NCBI GenBank assembly: GCA_045643785.1
Contig: JAZRFR010000031.1
Coordinates: 1-61,976 of the forward strand
Length of the DNA stretch: 61,976 nt
Source of the DNA: Eubacteriales bacterium
GTDB lineage: Bacteria; Bacillota; Clostridia; Oscillospirales; CAG-272
Reading direction: 5' to 3'
Below the pieces are notes generated by a model that did not search any database, was not told the origin of the DNA, and saw only the letters and a list, made by a program, of their open reading frames with translations. This document shows, piece after piece, positions 17,107-28,200 of the stretch. The stretch's first letter is position 1. Each line of letters begins with the position of its first letter. A program made the translations under genes and the position numbers.

Positions 17107-19918
17107 GCACCAGCTTGATGTCGGTCACCTTTTTGGCTTCCTTCAGAAGATTGATACAGAAGCCCTTGCCGTCGTCGTGGTTGAAGTCCCACGAGGCGCG
17201 CAGATACGCCGCGAAGGTTCGCGCGACGATGGGGCGAAGCTTTCCGCGCTTGCGGGAGGACATACCGCGGCAAACGGGGCAATCCGCCTCCCAGCGGTCG
17301 TTGAACTCAATGACGTGGGGCTTGGGACTGCACAGCGCCATGTCGCAGGTGGAGCAGGCGGAGATTCCGTTGGTGCCGATATAGGGACGGCACTTTTCGG
17401 GGCAGATATCCTGACGGGAGCAACGACTGCACAGGGTGTACAGATCCTGATCCCCGATGTTCTTGTTTTTGAGGAACGCATCCACGGCGGGACAGGTTCC
17501 GGGGCGGAAGCGGCCGCAATGGGCCATGGCGCAGATCTTGCGGCAGTACAGGCGGCGGTCGCCCTTGTCGCCGGTATTACACATGATGCTACGACCCGTG
17601 TTGGTGTTCGCAATACACATGTAACCCGATACGTCGGACACCGAGCGAGCGAACACGCTGGCGCACTGATCGCACTTGAAATCGTATACGCTGATCTCCG
17701 CCATTTCGGTGCCTTGAGGCCGATCGGGGCCCACGCACTCCGACGTAGCGGTACAGAAGAGGTTCCCGTTCTTTTTGTGCGCCTCGTAGTCCTCCTGGGA
17801 GTACAGCTTGACCTGACCGCAACGGTCGCAACGAACCGCCACCATGCGGTCGTTGTTACTACCCGCGATGATGGTCGCATCGCCGCTGTTACTGGACATC
17901 AGACCGATACGGGAGAAGTACAACAGAGCAAAGCCCTCCAGGCGGTTCATATCCGCCAGGGAGTAAATGGTCACGTCGTTCTTCTGACCCAGACGGAAGA
18001 TTCGACCGATACGCTGATCCATGGCCAGGGGGTCGGGGGTGACCTGGAAGTTGATGATCACGCTACCCGACTGCAGGTTGACACCCTCGGTAAAGGAGGG
18101 ATCCTTGACCACCAGCACGGCGTTGGAGCGCGCCTCAAATTCTGCCAGAGTCTTCTCTTTATTGTTGGCGGTACCCACCACCAGACGGTTCGCATACGCG
18201 GGATCCTTCTGCATATCCGCCAGAAACGCGTCGTGAACCAGATCCTTCTTTTTCAGCTCGTAGTCGAAGAAGATCAGCACGCGCTCGTTTTCGTGGCGCT
18301 TGAGGATGCGCTTGGTCTCCTGCAGCTTGTCGTCATAGGAGGTCTCCGCCTCGAACAGCGGCCGCAGCTCGCAACGCATTTTTCCGTCGGGAGCGAGGGT
18401 CATCTGATCGCGGTAATACAGGATGAAATCCTTCTTGGGGAACTGACTCTCGTCCACGGTCTCCGCGAAAATGCTACAGATGATATCCGAGTAGAAGCGG
18501 TGAACCGGCAGGTCGCGGTGATGCTCCTTGGCGTATTCGTCCAGGGTAACCGTCTCGCCGCAGGCCTCTCCGCGGTGATCCACGGGCGTCACGTACAGGG
18601 GCGGCTCCTGCATACGGGTGCAATCCACCCGCAACAGATTACCGTACCAGTCGCCCACCGTGATCTTCTCTTTCCGCAGGGCGGGATAGAACAGGGAGTG
18701 AACCAGCTTCTTCTCCTTGGTGACCAGCACCGTGGAGGGCTGGCGGATCATGATGGAGCGCAGCACACCGTTGTGGTAGGCGGCGGCCACCTGCCGCATG
18801 ATCTTCTGGTTGATCTCGTCGTTCTGGGGCAGAGCCAAAAATTCATCCACCCGAAGCTGCTGTTCACCCTCGGTGAGCTTCTCGAAATTCGTCAGGGACA
18901 GATTCTCCCCCGCGATGTACTCCTTAAAAGGCTTGGAGTAGTTGAGCATCAGCTCGGCCTTCTTGACCCGCTTGATGAACTCCATGACCGTGGTAGCGCC
19001 GCGGCACACACGCTCCTTGTAGTACGCCTTTTCCTGGTTGTACTCATCCGAGTGGTGCATATCCTCCTTCTCCTCGAAGTCCTCGGGATGGCCGCCCTTG
19101 CAACGGATGAAATACCAGAGGCGGAACATATGGTCCAGGTTACCCGAGTGGGGGGTTGCAGACAAAAGCAGGCAGTAGGTCACGTTGGCGCGCTTCTTGG
19201 TCTCCATCATCATGGAGAGGAGCTTCATGGCCTTGGCGTACTCGCCCTCCTCCTTACACAGATGGTGGGCCTCGTCCACCACGATGACGTCGAACAGAAG
19301 CTTGGACAGGCTGTTATCCCAGTGGATAAAGTCCTCGGTCTTGACGATAATGGGACGGCTGGGACGGTTTTGCGCGTCAAAGGTAACGCCTGCGTCCGAG
19401 AAATCCAGCGAAGAACGGACGTCGCCGCCTGCCTCCAGCAGAACTCCCTTACCGAGACCAAAGCGCTGCTCCATAACCTCGATCCAGTTATCGTACACCT
19501 GCCCGGGAACCACCAGGAGCATGGACTTGATCTTACCGCGCACGGCCAGCTCGCTGAGGATCACGGCCGCCTCAAAGGTCTTACCGCTACCCACCACGTC
19601 GGCCAGCAGACCGAAGCCTCGCAGATCCTTCAGAAAAGCGATAGCCGCGGCGCTCTGGTGCTTGAAAATAACCGAGCGATCCACGTGCTTGGTGCGGTCG
19701 TAGGGGATGCCGTAGGCGCCGCTCATATCGGTCTGCACGTACTGGCCCAGATCGATCTTCAGAGAGTCAAAATCGTCGTAGCGATCCAGCTCCTCTACGG
19801 CCTTATTCATTTCGTAGATGGTCTTGTTGTACTGCTTCTTGGTGCGCGCAATATCACTGCGCTGGTTGTCACGGTCAAAGCAATGGTCGTCGAACATGAA
19901 ATAGTAGGTCTTCGACAT
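17084..19918 (-). CDS. SNF2-family helicase/translocase with a ~250-aa Cys-rich C-terminal extension
   Basis: Motif I LADVVGSGKT. Motif II VIVVDEAHHL. Motif III LLLSATPHSGN. Motifs V and VI TEGVNLQSG / QRIGRIFRLGQ. The C-terminus has more than 25 Cys in CxxC-type pairs (RCDRCG, KCDQCA, CSRCS, CSTCD, CPVCRG). Confidence 0.9.
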   Translation of the reverse strand: MSKTYYFMFDDHCFDRDNQRSDIARTKKQYNKTIYEMNKAVEELDRYDDFDSLKIDLGQYVQTDMSGAYGIPYDRTKHVDRSVIFKHQSAAAIAFLKDLRGFGLLADVVGSGKTFEAAVILSELAVRGKIKSMLLVVPGQVYDNWIEVMEQRFGLGKGVLLEAGGDVRSSLDFSDAGVTFDAQNRPSRPIIVKTEDFIHWDNSLSKLLFDVIVVDEAHHLCKEEGEYAKAMKLLSMMMETKKRANVTYCLLLSATPHSGNLDHMFRLWYFIRCKGGHPEDFEEKEDMHHSDEYNQEKAYYKERVCRGATTVMEFIKRVKKAELMLNYSKPFKEYIAGENLSLTNFEKLTEGEQQLRVDEFLALPQNDEINQKIMRQVAAAYHNGVLRSIMIRQPSTVLVTKEKKLVHSLFYPALRKEKITVGDWYGNLLRVDCTRMQEPPLYVTPVDHRGEACGETVTLDEYAKEHHRDLPVHRFYSDIICSIFAETVDESQFPKKDFILYYRDQMTLAPDGKMRCELRPLFEAETSYDDKLQETKRILKRHENERVLIFFDYELKKKDLVHDAFLADMQKDPAYANRLVVGTANNKEKTLAEFEARSNAVLVVKDPSFTEGVNLQSGSVIINFQVTPDPLAMDQRIGRIFRLGQKNDVTIYSLADMNRLEGFALLYFSRIGLMSSNSGDATIIAGSNNDRMVAVRCDRCGQVKLYSQEDYEAHKKNGNLFCTATSECVGPDRPQGTEMAEISVYDFKCDQCASVFARSVSDVSGYMCIANTNTGRSIMCNTGDKGDRRLYCRKICAMAHCGRFRPGTCPAVDAFLKNKNIGDQDLYTLCSRCSRQDICPEKCRPYIGTNGISACSTCDMALCSPKPHVIEFNDRWEADCPVCRGMSSRKRGKLRPIVARTFAAYLRASWDFNHDDGKGFCINLLKEAKKVTDIKLVLDADRNE

Positions 19919-19956
19919 ATCTATCTTCCTTTCGGTTTCCGATCAAACGGCGGATC

Positions 19957-21942
19957 TTACTGATTCGTCGTAACGCTCATGGCCTTCATGGAGATGCGGA
20001 ATTCGATATCCGCCGCGCTGACGCGCTCCACCTGAGCGTTGGAATGATACTTGGCGTATATGGGGAAACGGTTTTTGACGGTCACGTTGCTGAAGAAGGG
20101 GGTTGCGGAGCCGTCCTTCTTGTTGACCAGGAAGCCCTCTTCAAAATACAAGGCACAGGTCTTGGCGCTGAAAAGAGATACCCGCTCGTTTTTATAGTAG
20201 AAATGGATCTCGGACTCCCGTCCGCCGGCCACCACCCGCAGGTCAATGACCTCCACGGCGGGGCGGCGGTCGTCGTCGCCCGCGTCAGCTACGATGAGCC
20301 AATCCTCCTCATAGGTCAGCTTGCTCGCATAGCGATGAGCCGCGATCTCGTCGGTGCTGATGATGGTGGAGAACAGCTCGTCGCCCTCCAGTTTAGCCAG
20401 TTCCTCGTAGGTCAGGCTGATGGCGCCCTCCATGGAGAAGCGGTTCTCCTCGTTCTCCAGAATGTCGCCGCGATCCGCAAACAGCTTCAGATGCTTGCGG
20501 TAATTGCCATGATACAGCCACGTGCCGTAGGAGTAGGACAGAACGGCGTCCACCGAGTAATCCTTCATGGCCACCACCGCGCCGCCCACCGAGGCCGCGT
20601 AGGTGGAGGCCTCGTGGTTCTGGATGTGGTAGGGATCCAGGTCCTGTGTCTCGGTGTCAAAGGTCAGAAGCTGTACGAGACCGTGCTCGGCCTGAAGAGC
20701 CTCCCGCAAATAGGGGACAAGACCTCTCGTCTCCACCAAGCCGCCCGCGATCACCGCCTTGCGGATGTCCCGGTTACCGGGACGGGACAGCTCCTCCAGG
20801 AGGTATTCCCGCAGCTGGTGAGCCACACCTCGGTCATCGTCGGTACCCACGCAGTGAGCGAAGGTGGATTCGCTGATGATACGCTGTACCAGGGTATCTC
20901 GGTGAATGCACACGGGCACGCCGTCCTTAAAGATGCCGCGTCCCGCCAGGGGCATCACCATCTTGGCCTTTTTAATGTCCTTCATCAAGAGGTAGCGGTC
21001 CTCGTGCAGACCCTCCTCGTAAATGTGTCCCGAAGCGCCTGCTGAGGGAGTTCCCACGGTCTCGCGGTCGTAGATGCCTCGCTCCAGATAATCCAGAAGC
21101 ACCTCGTCGATATGGCTACCGCCCACCTCCAGGAGGGGCATATGTCCGTCGGCGCTGTCCACCAGCAAGCCCATCTTGCCGACTTGCTTGTTGGCGCCTA
21201 TGTTGCTGAACCAGGCCTTACAGACCGAAACCGTCTCGTCACCCATGTCGAAGACCAGCACCCGCTCGTCCTTTTCCACCCATCCACGGTGGAAGGCGTA
21301 GATACCCAGGGCCTGGGTCGAGGTCAGAACCTTAGTGGGGGCGACGCCGAAGGCCACCTCCACCAGACGGCTGACCTCCGCCACGAATTCCGATCCCTGC
21401 TTGGGGGGGTGTACGATGGCGATATGGGTCAGGGGCGCGAACTCAATGCCCGTCCGCTCCGAAAGCTTCCCCACCAGCTCGCCGATCCGCTTGCGGATAT
21501 GTAGGAAGTAGCCCTCGCACACGCTCTGCGGCGTGTGACGGGGATCCGTAAACACCAGCTTCCGATTCACGAAATACTGGAAATCCGCCTCGTGTCTCAT
21601 GCGCTCGGGGAAAGTGAACACAGGGAAATAGTGACCGCCACGGTAGTACTCCAGGTTGCGCTTCTCCACCGCCGCGTCCTCGTTTCGGGTGACCATGGAC
21701 AGCGCGGTCTTGATCTTGATAACCGTGGAGAAATTATGACTCGAGCCGTATTCCAGCTCGTCGGCATACAGCCAGCTGTCGGTCTCGGTATTGTAGAACG
21801 CCGCCGCGGGAAAAGCGATTTGGTTGATCAAATCGGGAACCATCAGCTTTCCGCTGAAGTCGCACCCCTCGTGGTTATACGCGAAAGACACCTTCATGGT
21901 GTCGTTACCCAGATCCAGACCTATATAAATATCCGTAGCCAT
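19957..21942 (-). CDS. Hsp70/actin-fold (ASKHA) ATPase with a ~200-aa C-terminal extension
   Basis: Phosphate-1 IYIGLDLGNDTMKV. Phosphate-2 VLVFDMGDETVSV. Adenosine motif AVIAGGLVETRGLVP. RBS AAGGAGAG. Confidence 0.8.
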   Translation of the reverse strand: MATDIYIGLDLGNDTMKVSFAYNHEGCDFSGKLMVPDLINQIAFPAAAFYNTETDSWLYADELEYGSSHNFSTVIKIKTALSMVTRNEDAAVEKRNLEYYRGGHYFPVFTFPERMRHEADFQYFVNRKLVFTDPRHTPQSVCEGYFLHIRKRIGELVGKLSERTGIEFAPLTHIAIVHPPKQGSEFVAEVSRLVEVAFGVAPTKVLTSTQALGIYAFHRGWVEKDERVLVFDMGDETVSVCKAWFSNIGANKQVGKMGLLVDSADGHMPLLEVGGSHIDEVLLDYLERGIYDRETVGTPSAGASGHIYEEGLHEDRYLLMKDIKKAKMVMPLAGRGIFKDGVPVCIHRDTLVQRIISESTFAHCVGTDDDRGVAHQLREYLLEELSRPGNRDIRKAVIAGGLVETRGLVPYLREALQAEHGLVQLLTFDTETQDLDPYHIQNHEASTYAASVGGAVVAMKDYSVDAVLSYSYGTWLYHGNYRKHLKLFADRGDILENEENRFSMEGAISLTYEELAKLEGDELFSTIISTDEIAAHRYASKLTYEEDWLIVADAGDDDRRPAVEVIDLRVVAGGRESEIHFYYKNERVSLFSAKTCALYFEEGFLVNKKDGSATPFFSNVTVKNRFPIYAKYHSNAQVERVSAADIEFRISMKAMSVTTNQ

Positions 21943-22007
21943 GCCGCTCTCCTTCTTTTGTGCAGTAACAATTATTATATCTGCAATTATATTTATATAT
22001 AAATATT

Positions 22008-22036
22008 ATTATACCACCTCGGCACTTTTTTGTCAA
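22008..22036 (-). promoter_or_regulatory. Consensus sigma-70 promoter of unit B
   Basis: Minus strand reads TTGACA (22036-22031), 17-nt spacer ending in TGg, then TATAAT (22013-22008). It lies in a strikingly AT-rich 330-bp gap, ~65 nt upstream of ATG 21942. Confidence 0.65.
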
Positions 22037-22230
22037 TATCCGTGGCATTTTATTTATAGATAGAAATTCGCGTCACATTTTGTTCATTTTGTTAAAAAAG
22101 CAAGGAACATCAAGGCGTTCCCTGCTACCGCGGCGGAAAAATGCGAACCCAACACCACAACGCTTCGAAACGCCGATGCCCCGTCAGCCGTTTTGGGTAA
22201 CGTACCAAATTCCTTTTTAATACGGACATC

Positions 22231-22265
22231 GTAAAATAAGCGGCGGGCATTTCTGCCCACCGCTT
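22231..22265 (-). terminator. Rho-independent terminator of unit A
   Basis: Minus strand has AAGCGGTGGGCA GAAA TGCCCGCCGCTT followed by ATTTTAC, immediately after the stop at 22274. Confidence 0.7.
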
Positions 22266-22273
22266 AAGGTGAA

Positions 22274-25200
22274 TTATTTATGGAACAGGTCGCTCCATTT
22301 TCTCTTTTTGATCACAAACCAGAAGATCGCAAATCCGCCGCAAGCCGTGATAAGGACTGCGCCCACCGCAATTCCCGCGACAGCGCCGACGGGGAGTCCG
22401 CCTTCATCATCGGTTCGGGTCGTATCCTCGGGCTCTGTCGGAGCAGACGTGGTCTCGCCTTCGTCATCGGGTTGAGTCGTATCCTCGGAATCCGTGGGAT
22501 CAGACGTGGTCTCGTCTTCTTCCTGAGTGGCCACCGTTACGGTATACACGGCTGTATTCCCCGCCTTGTCGGCGATCTCGACCGTATGGCTCCGGTCGTC
22601 AGCCTTGACGGTAAATTTACCGTCGGTCAGATCAATGGTTACGCCGTCCACCTTAACGTAATCAAGGTGCGGATCGTCGACCGTTACGGTCAGGTCACCC
22701 TCGTACGTCTTGCCGTCCTCGATTCCCGATACCGAAATACGGTCTTTCAGCACGATACCGTCGGAGGAGCCATAGGCAACGGTGCCGTTGTTATCCGTAG
22801 CCATCACGTAGATCACGCACTCCATAGAGGGAGCAATCTCGAAGGCTTCCGTATAAGCGGTCCAGTCCTCGGGGGACAGGGCACGGAGCTGCTCAAGCGT
22901 CAGGGGGGTAGGAGAAACCAAGTAATATACCTCGCGGATACCGATCTCTCCGCTGCTTGCGGATATCGTCACGCTTTGCTTCTCGTTGAAATACGTATCA
23001 AAGTCGGGAAGACTTATAAAGGTATTCCAGCTCGATCCGCCAACCGATATCTCGATCTCGGGAGGCACAACGGGATCCGGGTTGTTTCCGCCCAGAACTG
23101 CCGCTACGTCATGACCCTCGAAGCTTGCCTTCAGGATTCCGGTCACTTCGCTGTCGGTCGTCAGCCGATTGCCCGAAATCTCGGCGCTTCCGTCTACGAC
23201 CTCCACCGACCATTCAGCCTGGCTTCCCAGAACACTGCTTGCGGGAACCACGATGCTCTTTTCGCCCGAAACGATCTTAAGCTCAAGCGTTCCGCTTGCC
23301 CCTGCGGGAATGACGGAGTTGGTATAATCGATTCCGTTCAGGAAAATAGAAACGTCATTGTCGGGAGCTGTGACGATGGCGTTTGTCAGCTTAAAGTCGT
23401 ACTGACGGCTGACGTTTCCGATCGCATCCTCTGCGTAAACCGATACAGTCTGCTCAAACACATTCGTATCCATGGGAACGGACACCGAGAACTCGCCCGT
23501 GGCGTCCACGCGCAAGGAGGAAACCTCTTTTCCGTCAAGAAGAACGTGGATCTTTGCTCCGGGCTCGCTGAGTCCCGTAACGCTGACGGTTTCGTCAAAG
23601 AAGGAGCCTGCGTTGGGGGTGGCAATCTGCAATCTGGGCGCGGTTGCCTTGACGCAGAATACGTAATCCACGGCAAAGGCATCGCCGTTTGCGTTGGTGC
23701 CTGTCAGAGTCAGGGTGTGCTGACCCTCGGAAAGACCGTCCTCCGCAGGAAGATCGTCGGTTTCGGGTCTGCCGCCGATGGTCAGAGACGTCCGGGTATC
23801 CGCCTCAAAGGTTCCTTCCTGCGCGCCGCCGTCCAGCTTCCAGGTGCCGCTGACGGCCATGTCCGCGTTGATGTTGATGATCGCCTCGGTGACGTTGATA
23901 TAATTCACGCCGTCCGTAACGATTGCGCCCTCAGCGGATACGCTTACGGTGGGTCTTGCAGGCGCGACCATGGTGATCTCCTCGCTATAGGTCGCCTCGG
24001 AGTACAGCTCGCCGCCGTCCTCATGATAAGCGACGATCTTCAATCGGTAGGTCTTACCCGCCTCAAGTCCCTTGATCTGCGTCGCGGCAGTGACGTCGTC
24101 TCTGCCTTGCGCGTCCGCGTAGGATACGGTATTGCCTTCCGAATCGACGTAGACCGTGGTTTCGTACTGACCGCCAACCGTAATCGTGGAGCCGTCAGCC
24201 GTTTCGATCCGCTGGGATCCGAGAGAGGTGCTTTCCCAACGAGTCTCGCCGTCCTCCGTGATCTTTTCTTCTACGGTGATCACGTATCCGTCCGTGTTCT
24301 GTCCCGCGGTCAGATCCACGTCAATGCTGTAATCTCCGCCGAGCGCCACTCGGTCTACCGTAGGAGCGGAGGGTTGAGAGGGATTGACGTAATGGAAGCC
24401 GGTATCCGCAGACACGGCACAGCTGATATTGTTTTCCTCACTCGATGCGACCAGCTGAATGGTGTACGTACCGCCGGGGAGGGATGCGGGAAGGTCAAAG
24501 GTAACCTCTCCTGCCGCAACGTTGGTAGTCTGATGCAGGTGATGGCTGGTTCCGTCCTCTGCCACGGCATAGACGGTAAGCTCATCGATATCAGACAGCG
24601 CGTAACCCTCCCAATGGACCGACATCGAGTCGGTAGCCTGATCGTACGCATAGCTTGCGCTGTCAATGCTTGCCATACGGTCCATTTCGTAGAGAGCCAG
24701 CTCGGAGCTTGCGCCCGTGGTTATTTTCCAATCGTGAGCGTATGCCGCTTCGTCCGTGAACGACACGGTGATCATCGCCTCACCCGACGATTCGTCGTAA
24801 GAGAGGATGGCATTCGCATCATCCTGCTCGTCTGCGTACTTGTCGGGATCCAGCCAATTCAGCTCGTATGCAACACTCTCGTCGTCAGCCGCTACGATCT
24901 TGACGGTTTGCTTTGCAATTTCTTCAGCCTCGGCTCGGGTTGCCGCCTGATAGGTCATGGTCAGCATGGTATCCCAGGCAGAATTATAACCGCCCAAGGA
25001 AATCGTATGCGTCATGCGGTCGATGCTGCTGTCCACAGAATATTCTGCGCTTACCGTTGTTCTCTGGGTATTTGCGCGCAGCGTTGCGTTCGTTCCCATG
25101 GACATATACAGCGTGCGGCCCGTTTGCGCGTTATAAGCTACGGGGACCGATCGGCGCAGGGGATAGGTGGGCTCGGGCGTGTCATACTTGCCAAGTCCGA

Positions 25201-28200
25201 AATCCACGTCGCCGCCCCAATAATAGGTTATGCCGAAGTCGATACCGATCACGGCCATCGCGCCCCAGATCTTATTGCAGTTGACACCAAGGGACGCTCT
25301 GCCGATCTCATATCCGCCTATCAGGGGAACGTAATCGGGTATCATCAGTCCTGCCGTCGCGAAGGCCTCCCAGAAGATGGAGCCGTCCTCCAGGCTTTCC
25401 TCAAGAACGATATATCCACCGCCGTCGATAATGCCGAGGATGTTGATCGCGATATCTCCGCGCAAAAAGAGCGCGGGATACCATCTGACCTCAAGGCCGA
25501 GATTGTCGATGAGGGTGATGTCCTTGATGCCAAGCTCCGATATATCGACCTCAAAGCCTCGCAAGCTCAGCTCGAGATCCGCTCTTGCCGAAAGCACCGA
25601 GAAAAGCGCGAATTTTCCTGACATCAGAAGGCTGATGGGGGGAAGGTCGGACACCATACAAATGGTATCGTACAGATTGTCGATGCCTCCGCCAAGACCC
25701 TGTATCCAGAAGATACCCATACCGTCCACGTTGATGCCGGGAACGTCTCCCTCAACGTAGAAATACAGCTTATCAAGACCGGGGATCTCGCCGTGGGCCT
25801 TTTTGAGCGTGAGCGCCGCCTCAAACTTGAGCAGCTCGAAGTCCGCCTCACCGGCAACGCCTATCTTCCAATAATCCAAAGCGGGCATAATATGAAGGTC
25901 CAGCGTACCGCCGATACCGGGCAAGCCCTCTGCGTAGGAGGGTAGCTCTACGTCGATGGTGGCAACAAAGCCCAGGAAACCTCCGCCGAACAGGATGTTG
26001 TCCACGTACAGATTCAGGCTTCCCTTCTGAGACTCGCGCCAGTTGCGCTGGTCTCTCGCGTATCTTGCTTCCACGTCGCGAAGCTGATCCGCCGTGTAAT
26101 TGGTCTTGGCCATCTTGAGCTGGACCGCTTCCATGGCCGAGGTCTCGCGGGAGCCCCAGTCAAAGTTTCTGGGAAGCAGGAAGCCCGGGGAGAGCTGAGC
26201 GCCGAAGGAGATCACTCTCCGCTTTTCGGTAGCAGAGGTGACGGTTCCGGGCTCGGTAGCGATCATGCCAAAGTAGCAGTATCTGAGCTCAAAGATCATG
26301 CCTGCCAGGGTCTGGGCTTCGCTTGCCGCGCCGGGCCAGAGGAGCATGATGGCGTTGGTGTTAGCCGTAACACTGTCAATGTTGTCGGCCTCGGTACCGT
26401 CCTGCTTGTATTGCACAAGTGTGTTGAGGTTGCCGTTTTCGAAGGAGGTGATGGCGCACACGCCGTCCCAGACCTTCGAGCGCGCGTTGGTGGTATATAC
26501 CTTGCCGTCAATGTCAATATTGATGCACTGGTCATCCTTGCCCGAGTTCTCGATATTGATGGAAACGAATCCGTCCTCCACGTCAAGGCAGTTGCTGATA
26601 TTGATGGTATTGGTGATCTTGCCGCGGACATCCGCCATAGAAGCCGCCTTGAGCTCTATGAGATTGCCGTCCGTGTCGTAATTTGCGCCAAAGTTACCTC
26701 TGAACTCAAGATATACGGTGATTTTAGGATCGGAAACCGCAGCCTTATAATCTGCCTCGCTCTCATACATACCCACCGTGTATTTCGCGTTGTTATCGGT
26801 AAAGTCCTTGGCCTTCTCGATGGTCACGATACCGTAGGTGGGAGCCACAAACTCAGGTCTGTCCGACACCATGAACGAAAGCGCGGTGGCAGTCGAATCC
26901 TCCTTGCCCGCCTCGTTCCAGTCAAATACCACCTGATAGGAGCCCGTGACCATCTCGGTATCTACGGTAACGTACATGGAATTGTTCGTTGTATCTACCA
27001 CTACGTTCTGCGAGGGGATCACCACGTCTGTGCCGCCCGTTGTAGAGCGAAGGACGGTCGTATATGCCGTGGCATCCTGCAAGAGACCAATGTTCTGACC
27101 CGAAATGAAGAGTCGGCGCGTTCCCTCGTAGTGGATGATCTGGGGAGAGATGGTGTTGAAGGTGACGACCTCGCCAAGCACTCCGGGGCAGAAGAGATAA
27201 AACTCTCGGCTGCCAAGGAGGTTTGCCTCAGTAAGCTCTTCGCCGCCGCTGGTATCGTAGCAAAGGATCTCGAATCTTCGGTATTCGCTTGCGGGAAGGG
27301 GGGTGACGTTGAAGTAAATATCATACGCCAGCTCCTCGTCCGAAACGAAGTCGTATCGGGTTTCCTGATAGTCCGAGTCTGCCTCGTACATTTCGTTGAA
27401 CTGCCAATCCACGTACGGAGTGACGTTGTTCATGGTTTTGACCACCAGCGTCATGGAATCGAGATCCTCAGAAGCAAGATTCTCAACCAAAAGCTGAAGT
27501 CGGATATCTCCGTTCTTGCCGCCGTCGACCTGCGGGATATACCCACTCTGGTCCTCGGTCATGGTCATAGACGCGGGAATCGAGGACAGATTGATGGCCA
27601 CCGATTCCTCGCCGCTTACGGTGGAATTGGAGAAAACACCGTAACGTGTGCTTACGCGCGACTCCTTCTCGGGGGTCAACGCGCCCAGATCGTAGTACAA
27701 CGCATAGGCACTGTCTGCCGTTCTGTATTTCTCGTTGTAGGAATTTGTAAAGTTGACAGCGTCATCGGGGGTAAAATCGAACACCGTGGACGCAAGACTG
27801 TTCCAATGTCCGAACGCCACCTGATACGGCTTTACGATCCGGCCGTCCACCGCCACGTCAAGCGTGTAAGCATTTATCTTGGGGGAGGAGGGATCGTCAA
27901 CCGCGAAGAAAGCGCCGTTGTACGCGGTGTAAGAGTCGGTGTTGTCCAACATGTATTCGTTGGTAAGGGATGCGTATTCGTTCACGACGTTGGGAACCTG
28001 ATAGTATCCGCTGTCATTGTTTCCAAGAGCCGTATCCAGCATAATACGGACCTTCACGTTTGCCACGTCGTCAGAGGTGGTGCTGACCGCATAGTCGATC
28101 GACACCATGCCGTGCTGGGACGACGCCTCGTCAAGCAGACCCAGCGTCTGCTTAACGGTAATGTCCTTGACGCTCCATACCGCTTCCAGCGTGTTTCCCG

